57,380 nucleotides of DNA from Candidatus Onthousia excrementipullorum (GTDB lineage: Bacteria; Bacillota_I; Bacilli_A; RF39; UBA660), in assembly GCA_018712385.1 (NCBI GenBank), contig DVHC01000043.1:1-57380 (forward strand), in the 5' to 3' direction. Under the pieces are notes generated by a model. It made no database searches. It had not been told where the DNA came from and saw only the letters and a program-made list of their open reading frames with translations. Positions 37,849-46,793 of the stretch are shown here, in pieces (position 1 is the first letter of the stretch; the number at the start of each line of letters is the position of its first letter). The position numbers and the translations under genes were made by a program.

Positions 37849-38009
37849 AAATCAATTTAATTTTAATTTAAGATAATAGTATATCTAATTTTCAAAGTAA
37901 TTAGATGTCTTTCCACTCGCATTGTAACATAATTTTTTCTAAATAGATAGATAAAAATATAATTTTATTATATAATTATTTTAGAAACGATAGAAAAGAG
38001 TGATGATAT

Positions 38010-41000
38010 ATGAAAAAAATAATGGATGGAAATGAAGCTTGTAGTTATGTTTCATATAATTTTACGGAAGTTGCAGGTATATATCCTATAACTCCTGCAT
38101 CTCCTATGGCAGAACTTACTGATAAATGGGCTAATGAGGGTAAACTTAATTACTTTAATCAACCTGTTAAAGTAGTAGAAATGGAAAGTGAAGCAGGGGC
38201 TGCTGGTATGGTTCATGGTTCTTTGCAGGCTGGATGCTTAACTACTACTTATACTGCTAGTCAAGGCCTTTTATTAATGATACCTAATATGTATAAGATA
38301 GCAGGAGAATTACTTCCTTGTGTTATTAATGTAGCGGCTAGAAGTCTTGCAACTCATGCTTTATCAATCTTTGGTGACCATCAAGATGTTTATGCGGCAA
38401 GAAGTACAGGTTTTGCTATACTTGCCTCATCTTCAGTTCAAGAAGTTATGGATTTAACAGGTGTGGCACATCTATCTGCTATTAAAGGTAGAGTTCCTTT
38501 TATGAACTTTTTTGATGGCTTTAGAACAAGTCATGAACTACAAAAGATAGATGTAATTGACACTAATAAATTAAAAAAACTTGTCGATAAGAAAGCACTT
38601 GATGCTTTTCGTAAGAGAAGTCTTCATCCTGATAATCCTGTAACTCGTGGTACTAGTGAAAATGATGATATTTACTTTCAAGCGGCAGAAGTTAGAAATA
38701 AATACTATTTAGAATTACCTGATATTGTTAACGAATATATGCAGGAGATTAATAAAATAACCGGTAGAAACTATGCACCATTTAATTATTATGGAAGACG
38801 TGATGCTACTAAAGTAATAGTTGCCATGGGTAGTGTTTGTGAGACTATTAAAGAAGTAGTAGATTATTTAAATGACAACGGGGAAAAAGTTGGAGTTGTA
38901 GAAGTACATTTATATAGGCCTTTTTCAAGAGAATATTTCTTAAAGAGTATTCCTAAGACTGTTAAGATGATTGCTGTTCTTGATAGAACTAAAGAAGCAG
39001 GAAGTACTGGTGAACCATTATTCCTTGATGTAGATAATATTATTAAGTCATTAGGTAGTGATATTAAAGTAGTAGGAGGAAGATATGGACTTTCTAGTAA
39101 AAATACTAATCCTGCAATGATAAAAGCAATATATGATAATTTAGAATCTATTAATCATAATTTTACTATTGGAATTGATGATGATGTTACTAATTTAAGT
39201 ATTCCTTATGATAAAGAGTTTAACTTACCACATCGTAATCAAACATCATTCCTTGTTTATGGTTATGGAAGTGATGGAATGGTTTCAGCTTGTAAAGATT
39301 TAATGAAGATAACAGGAGATGCTACTGATGCTTATGTTCAAGGTTATTTCCAATATGATTCTAAAAAGTCAGGTGGAGTTACGCTTAGTCATTTAAGATT
39401 TTCTAAGAATCCTATTAGGTCTACTTATTATGTCGGTAGAGCTAAGTTGTTAGTTTGTACCCAAGATGCTTATCTTACTAAGTTTAGATTTATTAATAAA
39501 ATAAAGAAGAATGGAGTATTCCTTCTTAATAGTAGTAAGACTGATGAGGAAATACTTTCAATGATAAGTAGCGAAGATAAGAAATATATCATTGATAATA
39601 ATATAAAAGTATATGTAGTTAATGCTTATAAAGTTGCTAAAAAAGAAGGACTTGGTAATAAAATTAGTGCAATTATGGAAGCTTTAATCTTTAAGTTTGG
39701 ACATATTATTGATAGTGATTATGCTATTAATAAGTTAAAAGATAATCTTGATATTAGATTTAAACTTAAAGGAAATAATATAGCAGAGAAAAATAAAAAA
39801 GCTGTTGATAATGCTATTAATACAACTCATTTACTTAAGATAGATGAAAATAGTGATGATTATGTAGAAGTAAGTGAGATTAGTTCTAGTTTATTTGATA
39901 TTATTGATAAAAGAGAAGGTGATACTCTTCCTGTTAGTGCTTTCTTAGATAGACCTGATGGTACTGTTGATGGAGGACTATCACGACTTGAAAAACGTGA
40001 TATTAGTGAAGTCGTTCCTAAATATAAGAGTGAAAACTGTATTAGTTGTAACTTATGTTCTCTAGTTTGTCCTCATGCTGTTATTAGACCATTTTTACTA
40101 GACAAAGATGAGGTAGAGAAAGCTCCTACTAGTTTAAATGATAAACTTTTAGACAGTCATTTAGGAGATAATCTAAAATTTACAATTGCTGTTAGTTATA
40201 AAGATTGTACGGGTTGTGGATTATGTGCTAATATCTGTCCTGGAAAGAAGGGTGCTAAAGCCTTAGAGATGGTAAGTAAAGAAAAACTTGTTAATGATAT
40301 TACTTTAAAAGAGACAGAGTACTTATTTAATGAAGTGACTGAAAAAGATGTGATGAGTGTTAGCACTGTTAAAGGAAGTCAGTTTAAGAAGCCTAGATTT
40401 GAGTTTAGTGGAGCATGTGCTGGTTGTGGTGAGACTCCATACCTTAAGTTATTAACCCAATTATTTGGAGATAGATTAGTTATTGCTAATGCAACAGGTT
40501 GTTCATCAATATATGGGGCTTCTAGTCCTTCAACTCCTTATAGTGTTCCTTGGGCTAATTCCTTATTTGAAGATAATGCCGAGTTTGGTTTTGGTATGAA
40601 GATAGCAGATGAAGTTAAGAAAAATCAGTTAAAGAATATTATAAATGAAAATATCTCTAAAGTAGATGAAGAAGAAAAAGATATCTATTTAGATTATGTA
40701 AATGATATTAATGTAGATACTGCTAAAGCCTTACTTTCTGTTATTCCTCATACTAAGATTAAGCCTTTAAAATCTCTAAAGAAATATATTATGCCTATAT
40801 CTTTATGGGCTGTAGGAGGAGATGGTTGGGCTTATGACATTGGCTATAATGGAATTGACCATGTATTAAACAGTGGAGAAAATGTTAACATCTTAGTTCT
40901 TGATACCGAAGTCTATTCTAATACTGGAGGACAATCTAGTAAGTCTAGTAGGATGGGTGCTGTTTTAAAATTTGCTTCAAGTGGTAAAAAGACTGCTAAA

Positions 41001-41438
41001 AAAGACCTTTTAAGAATAGCTTTAACTAATCCTAATGTTTATGTAGGAGCGATATCTTTAGGAGCTAATCCTGCTGCTACTGTTAAAGTAATGTTAGAAG
41101 CTGAAAAATATAATGGGCCTAGTATCATAGTAGCATATTCTCCATGTATTGCTTGGGGTATCTTAAAGGGAATGAGTAATTCTATTGATGAAGAGAAAAA
41201 AGCAACAAGTAGTGGTTATTTCCCAATATTTCATTATAATCCAGATACTAAAGAGTTTAAAATGGATGCTAAAAGTGATTTTAATAAATATCAGGACTAT
41301 TTAACGGGAGAAGATAGATATAAATCATTAAAAATAATAAATAGTGATGAAGCAGATACTTTACTTAAAGAAAATGAAGATAATGCTAAGGGAAGATATG
41401 AATATTATGAAAGTCTAACTATTAAAAATGAGGAGTAG
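38010..41438 (+). CDS. nifJ: Pyruvate:ferredoxin (flavodoxin) oxidoreductase
   Basis: 1142 aa. The N-terminus is MDGNEACSYVSYNFTEVAGIYPITPASPM. The two 4Fe-4S motifs are CISCNLCSLVCPH and CTGCGLCANICP. The TPP region is GGDGWAYDIG. Confidence 0.95.
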   Translation: MKKIMDGNEACSYVSYNFTEVAGIYPITPASPMAELTDKWANEGKLNYFNQPVKVVEMESEAGAAGMVHGSLQAGCLTTTYTASQGLLLMIPNMYKIAGELLPCVINVAARSLATHALSIFGDHQDVYAARSTGFAILASSSVQEVMDLTGVAHLSAIKGRVPFMNFFDGFRTSHELQKIDVIDTNKLKKLVDKKALDAFRKRSLHPDNPVTRGTSENDDIYFQAAEVRNKYYLELPDIVNEYMQEINKITGRNYAPFNYYGRRDATKVIVAMGSVCETIKEVVDYLNDNGEKVGVVEVHLYRPFSREYFLKSIPKTVKMIAVLDRTKEAGSTGEPLFLDVDNIIKSLGSDIKVVGGRYGLSSKNTNPAMIKAIYDNLESINHNFTIGIDDDVTNLSIPYDKEFNLPHRNQTSFLVYGYGSDGMVSACKDLMKITGDATDAYVQGYFQYDSKKSGGVTLSHLRFSKNPIRSTYYVGRAKLLVCTQDAYLTKFRFINKIKKNGVFLLNSSKTDEEILSMISSEDKKYIIDNNIKVYVVNAYKVAKKEGLGNKISAIMEALIFKFGHIIDSDYAINKLKDNLDIRFKLKGNNIAEKNKKAVDNAINTTHLLKIDENSDDYVEVSEISSSLFDIIDKREGDTLPVSAFLDRPDGTVDGGLSRLEKRDISEVVPKYKSENCISCNLCSLVCPHAVIRPFLLDKDEVEKAPTSLNDKLLDSHLGDNLKFTIAVSYKDCTGCGLCANICPGKKGAKALEMVSKEKLVNDITLKETEYLFNEVTEKDVMSVSTVKGSQFKKPRFEFSGACAGCGETPYLKLLTQLFGDRLVIANATGCSSIYGASSPSTPYSVPWANSLFEDNAEFGFGMKIADEVKKNQLKNIINENISKVDEEEKDIYLDYVNDINVDTAKALLSVIPHTKIKPLKSLKKYIMPISLWAVGGDGWAYDIGYNGIDHVLNSGENVNILVLDTEVYSNTGGQSSKSSRMGAVLKFASSGKKTAKKDLLRIALTNPNVYVGAISLGANPAATVKVMLEAEKYNGPSIIVAYSPCIAWGILKGMSNSIDEEKKATSSGYFPIFHYNPDTKEFKMDAKSDFNKYQDYLTGEDRYKSLKIINSDEADTLLKENEDNAKGRYEYYESLTIKNEE

Positions 41439-41440
41439 TT

Positions 41441-42151
41441 ATGGAAAGTGTAGTATATCCTAATCATTTAGGAATTATTATGGATGGAAATGGTAGATGG
41501 GCAAAGAAAAGAGGAATAAACAGAAGTTTAGGCCATAAAGCAGGTGCTGATAATCTCATTAAATTGCTTAATTATATTTATAATAATACTTCTATTAAAG
41601 TTGTCTCTTTATATGCTTTTTCTACTGAGAATTTTAAAAGAGATAAAAATGAAGTAGATTACTTGATGAAATTATTTGTAACATTATTTAATAGTAAGTT
41701 AGAATCTATTAAGAAAAATAATGTTAAAGTAGTATTTTCAGGAAGACGTGAAAATCTTCCTAAGAGTGTACTTGAGGCAATGGATAAGACAACAGATGAT
41801 ACCAAAAACAATACAAGAGGAATTTTAAATATTTGTCTTAACTATGGTGGTGACTATGAGATAGTTGATATGGCTAAAAAAATTGCTAAACAAGTATTAG
41901 ATGGTACTTTAAATATAGAGGATATTACTAAAGAAGTTGTAAGTAAAAATCTTTATCAAGACTTACCACCACTTGACTTTGTTATTAGAACAAGTGGAGA
42001 AAAAAGAATTAGTAATTTTATGATATATCAGTCAAGTTATGCAGAATACGATTTTCCAGATACATATTTTCCAGACTTTGATAGTAAATGTTTAGAAGAG
42101 TCACTAGATAATTATAGAAAACGTGATAGAAGATTTGGTAATGCAAAATAA
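41441..42151 (+). CDS. uppS: Undecaprenyl-diphosphate synthase (cis-isoprenyl transferase)
   Basis: HLGIIMDGNGRWAKKRG and IRTSGEKRISNFM...YAEYDF motifs. Confidence 0.9.
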   Translation: MESVVYPNHLGIIMDGNGRWAKKRGINRSLGHKAGADNLIKLLNYIYNNTSIKVVSLYAFSTENFKRDKNEVDYLMKLFVTLFNSKLESIKKNNVKVVFSGRRENLPKSVLEAMDKTTDDTKNNTRGILNICLNYGGDYEIVDMAKKIAKQVLDGTLNIEDITKEVVSKNLYQDLPPLDFVIRTSGEKRISNFMIYQSSYAEYDFPDTYFPDFDSKCLEESLDNYRKRDRRFGNAK

Positions 42152-42181
42152 AAAAGCTCACAAGTTTCTGTGAGCCTTTTT
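42151..42181. terminator. Bidirectional intrinsic terminator between the convergent uppS and collagen-like genes
   Basis: A5-GCTCACA-loop-TGTGAGC-T5. Confidence 0.8.
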
Positions 42182-42182
42182 G

Positions 42183-43052
<870 letters not shown>

Positions 43053-43084
43053 TTAAAATTTTGTATTGACTATTGTCATGCTTA

Positions 43085-43193
43085 AAAATAAAAATAGAGA
43101 CTGCACCCCCTGAAGGGCAGTCTCTTAAAAAAGAATAAAAAGGGGTTGGCTAGTGTGATACTAGCGACCAATTCGCCTAATTCCGAATTGGTG
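43085..43193 (-). ncRNA. Promoter-proximal structured leader or small RNA ending in an intrinsic terminator, upstream of the collagen-like gene
   Basis: The minus strand has TTGACA (43228-43223), a 17-nt spacer and TATTAT (43205-43200). Downstream hairpins are CCAATTCG/CGAATTGG and GCTAGT/ACTAGC. The terminator is GAGACTGC-loop-GCAGTCTC (43125-43097) followed by a T-rich tract. Confidence 0.5.
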
Positions 43194-43295
43194 CTTTTTA
43201 TAATAATCATTTGTTGTTATTTTGTCAACACTTTTTTGAAAAAAAATTTACTATTTTTTGACTTGGGTTTATACTTAAGGTGAAGGAGAAAATAT

Positions 43296-43649
43296 ATGAA
43301 GAGTTTTAAGAAAAGAAATAAGGTAAAAAATCAATTGAGTAATGAGAAAATTGAATTCTATGAAGAAAAGTTGTTAGGTATTAAAAATATAATTTTATCT
43401 TCATCTCCAACTAGATTAAATGACCTTGATAAATATATTTTAGACCTTGAATTAAACGATGAAGACAGGGCTAATATAATGCTATATACATCTGTTTATC
43501 TAGTAGAAAATGGTTTCTATGATAAAGCTTCTAGATATTTAAAAATCATAGAAAAAATAGAAGAGAAGCCTAATAGTGTAAAAGATAATTACAAAAAGAC
43601 ACAAGCTAAAATAAAGATTAGAAAAGTTGCCAATAAAAATAGAAGGTAG
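43296..43649 (+). CDS. Hypothetical 117-aa protein
   Basis: The RBS is GAAGGAG. No motif was recognised. Confidence 0.5.
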   Translation: MKSFKKRNKVKNQLSNEKIEFYEEKLLGIKNIILSSSPTRLNDLDKYILDLELNDEDRANIMLYTSVYLVENGFYDKASRYLKIIEKIEEKPNSVKDNYKKTQAKIKIRKVANKNRR

Positions 43650-43652
43650 TAG

Positions 43653-44381
43653 TTATCTTCTATTTTGTATTTGCACATTATCATTAATATTAGCAATTTG
43701 GCTAGTTATAATATAAATATAATTAAAGATATCTTGATATTCTGCATAAATTAAATCAAATACTTCCATTCTATTAACTTCATCTATCATGATAAGTTTA
43801 TTTTCCTTAACCTTATCTCTTATGTTAAAGTCGTCTAAAAGAGTAGTGTTAATATCATAGAAGTCTACATCTATATACCAATTATCTCTACTTTCTTCTG
43901 TTACTCTAATACCGATAGGATAAGAATAATCAGTAGATTTTAGATATTCAACTATTTCTTTACTTTCACTTTCTAGGTAAATATTAATATTATTAGAATA
44001 ACTTCTTACCATATTTAAAACTAAATCAGTAAATAGAGCATTATTTTCTTTTTGGTCCGCAAGTTCAAGTATTAAATACTTGCCTCTATTTTGAAAAACA
44101 TAAAGAATTTGTCTTAATGTAACTATCTGTTGTTTTTGTACACTACTTCCAACATTAAAATATAAAAAATCTTTTAAAGTATAATCATCTATTTCATTAA
44201 CTCCTTTTGTAAAAAGATTTACGATTTCATCACTTAAAGTAATAATCTCTTTGTCTTTAGTTAAATAAAGTTTAAATTTAAAGCCATCAATATATGGAGC
44301 ATTAAGCCCTAAATAAATAGCATCTAACGTATTACTAGCGACATTTTTAGTAGAAGCACCACCATTTGCAATTACTTTCAT
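43653..44381 (-). CDS. Glycerophosphodiester-phosphodiesterase-like protein lacking the catalytic His/Arg (probably non-catalytic)
   Basis: The N-terminus VIANGGASTKNVASNTLDAIYLGLNAPYIDGFKFKLYLTKDKEIITLSD parallels GDPD IAHRGxSxxxPENTLxAFxxAxxxGADxIExDVxxTKDxxxVxxHD. AHRG is replaced by ANGG and E-D by K-K. Confidence 0.45.
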   Translation of the reverse strand: MKVIANGGASTKNVASNTLDAIYLGLNAPYIDGFKFKLYLTKDKEIITLSDEIVNLFTKGVNEIDDYTLKDFLYFNVGSSVQKQQIVTLRQILYVFQNRGKYLILELADQKENNALFTDLVLNMVRSYSNNINIYLESESKEIVEYLKSTDYSYPIGIRVTEESRDNWYIDVDFYDINTTLLDDFNIRDKVKENKLIMIDEVNRMEVFDLIYAEYQDIFNYIYIITSQIANINDNVQIQNRR

Positions 44382-44474
44382 AGTATCCTCCCTTTATTAA
44401 AATTTTATGTTTTATTTTCTTTTAAAATTCTAAAAAATATGCTATAATATGAGACAGAAAAAGAGGTGGTGTGT

Positions 44475-46460
44475 ATGGCATTAAAAGATATAAAAGGTGT
44501 AGGACCTAGAGCGTTAACACTTCTTTCTAAGATAGGGATAAATACAGTAGATGATTTAGTTACGCATTATCCTTTTAGATATGAATTTTTAGTTAGAGGA
44601 AATTTAGCCGAAACAAATGATGGAGATCATATAATTATAGATGGAAAAATAGAAAGTAGCCCCATATTAGTTAGATTTAAAGCAGGACTTAATAAGATGA
44701 ACTTTAGATTAGTAACTGCTAGTGGAGTTGTGGGAGTATCAATATTTAATAGAGCTTTCTTAAAAAGTCAACTTACTGTTGGTACTACAGTTACCGTAAT
44801 AGGTAAGTTTGATAAACCTAAAAATGTTATAACAGCTTCAGAAATAAAGATGGAGTCACTTTCTAATAAAGTAAAGATAGAGCCAGTTTATCATTTAACT
44901 AGTGGCTTAACTAATAAAAATATGGCTTTATATATTAATATGGCTTTACTTAGTCAAAGTAAAGAGATACATGATAGTATTCCGTTAAAGTATCAAGAGA
45001 AGTATAATTTTTCTAATAAGAGACTTGCTTTAAATATAGTACATAATCCACCTAGTAAAGAGAAGTTAAAAGAAGCGATGATAAGACTTAAGTATGAAGA
45101 GTTATTTGAGTTTATGTTTAAGATTAATTATTTAAAAGAAGAGAATAAGAAGGCAAATAGTGGTATTGCAAGAAGTATAGATGAATCTAAAGTAGATGAA
45201 TTTATTTCTCATCTTCCATATGAACTTACTAAGGATCAAAACACAGCTGTCAACACTATTATTAAAGACTTAGAAGGCCCTAATAGAATGAATAGATTAC
45301 TACAAGGTGATGTTGGTAGTGGTAAGACTATTGTTTCTTTTATAGCGATGTATGCAAATTATTTAAGTGGTTATCAAAGTGCTTTAATGGCTCCTACTGA
45401 GATACTTGCAACACAACACTTTAGTAATTTAAAAGATATCTTTAAAGATTATAATTTAAATATGGCTTTACTTACAGGTTCAACTCCTAAAAAAGAAAAA
45501 GATTTAATTTATGAAGAGTTAAAGAACGGTGATATAGATATAATTGTAGGTACTCATGCATTAATTCAAGATGATGTTACTTATCATAATTTAGGACTTG
45601 TAATAACAGATGAACAACATCGTTTTGGGGTTAATCAAAGAGCTAACTTACAGAATAAAGGACAAAAGCCTGATACTCTTTATATGAGTGCCACTCCGAT
45701 TCCAAGAACTTATGCTTTAACTATTTATGGAGATATGGATGTTTCTACTATTAAGACAAGACCTAAGGGTAGGAAGAAGATTAAAACAGTAGTTAAAACT
45801 AATAAAGAGATTAAAGATGTTTTGGAAATGATGTATGAAGAGTTAAAACAGGGTCATCAGATATATGTTATCGCTCCTTTAATAGAAGAGAGTGAAAACA
45901 GTGATTTAACTAATGTAAATGATTTGAAAGAAAAGATGACACTCGCTTTTGGTAGTAAACATAAAATAGATTTAGTTCATGGTAAAATGGCTAGTGCTGC
46001 TAAAGAGTTAATTATGAATGAGTTTTTACAAAATAAAGTCCAGATACTAATTAGTACCACTGTTATTGAAGTTGGAGTAGATGTTCCTAATGCAACAATG
46101 ATGGTAATATTTAATGCTGAAAGATTTGGGCTATCTACACTTCATCAGTTAAGGGGAAGAGTTGGAAGAAGTGAATTACAGTCTAGTTGTATCTTAATTA
46201 GTGATAATGATACGAAAAGACTTGAGATTATGGAAAATACTAATGATGGTTTTGAAATTAGTGAAGAAGATTTTAAGCTTAGAGGACATGGAGATTTGTT
46301 TGGAACTAAACAAAGTGGTGATATGACCTTTAAAATAGCAGATTTAAAAGCAGATTATAAAATATTGTTACAAGCAAGGGAAGATTCGCTAGAATACTTA
46401 CTAGATAAAGAAACAGATGCTAATAAGTTGAGACTTATTGGAACAATTATACATAGCTAA
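44475..46460 (+). CDS. recG: ATP-dependent DNA helicase RecG
   Basis: It has a wedge/OB N-terminus. Helicase motifs are GDVGSGKT, DEQHRFGV and QLRGRVGR. ATG 44475 (AAGAGG plus an 8-nt spacer) is preferred over GTG 44466. Confidence 0.9.
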   Translation: MALKDIKGVGPRALTLLSKIGINTVDDLVTHYPFRYEFLVRGNLAETNDGDHIIIDGKIESSPILVRFKAGLNKMNFRLVTASGVVGVSIFNRAFLKSQLTVGTTVTVIGKFDKPKNVITASEIKMESLSNKVKIEPVYHLTSGLTNKNMALYINMALLSQSKEIHDSIPLKYQEKYNFSNKRLALNIVHNPPSKEKLKEAMIRLKYEELFEFMFKINYLKEENKKANSGIARSIDESKVDEFISHLPYELTKDQNTAVNTIIKDLEGPNRMNRLLQGDVGSGKTIVSFIAMYANYLSGYQSALMAPTEILATQHFSNLKDIFKDYNLNMALLTGSTPKKEKDLIYEELKNGDIDIIVGTHALIQDDVTYHNLGLVITDEQHRFGVNQRANLQNKGQKPDTLYMSATPIPRTYALTIYGDMDVSTIKTRPKGRKKIKTVVKTNKEIKDVLEMMYEELKQGHQIYVIAPLIEESENSDLTNVNDLKEKMTLAFGSKHKIDLVHGKMASAAKELIMNEFLQNKVQILISTTVIEVGVDVPNATMMVIFNAERFGLSTLHQLRGRVGRSELQSSCILISDNDTKRLEIMENTNDGFEISEEDFKLRGHGDLFGTKQSGDMTFKIADLKADYKILLQAREDSLEYLLDKETDANKLRLIGTIIHS

Positions 46461-46528
46461 TTGTAAAATTTTTCTAAAATTTTCAAAATCAAATTGACAA
46501 GTTGGAAATTTTTAGATATGATTAATGT

Positions 46529-46632
46529 ACATGATAAGTTTTTTGCTTATCATGGTGATATAGTCCACTATCTAAGTGTGGATTTATATTCAACCGAACC
46601 CCCTGAAGAGACGCTACGGCGTCTCATTTTGT
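46529..46632 (+). ncRNA. Candidate small RNA of about 100 nt, between recG and the R-M operon
   Basis: TTGACA (46494-46499), a 17-nt spacer and TATGAT (46517-46522). Hairpins are CATGATAAG/CTTATCATG and CCAC/GTGG. The terminator is GAGACGC-TACG-GCGTCTC (46608-46625) followed by ATTTTGTTT. The overlapping 62-aa ORF has no RBS. Confidence 0.45.
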
Positions 46633-46793
46633 TTAAAATAAAGGCCTTTTGGTCTTTTTATTTTGCTTTAGGTGGCAATTAGGTGGTAAAAAAGTATTTA
46701 AAAATGTCGCATAACAATAAAAAATAGCCCTAAAGTATGCTATAATGTTAAATGAGAGATAATGAGGTAATTATCTATTAGGGAGGTAGTAAT

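Larger units (their letters stand above)
37493..37976 (+). repeat. Direct repeat copy 2 (type I TA-like cassette plus PFOR promoter)
   Basis: It has the same element order as 34320-34725. About 82 extra bp lie at roughly 37859-37940. Confidence 0.9.

Noticed and set aside
46494-46682. 62-aa ORF downstream of recG
   Set aside because: Its TTG start coincides with a -35 hexamer and it has no RBS. It spans two terminator hairpins, so it is better explained as a non-coding transcript.
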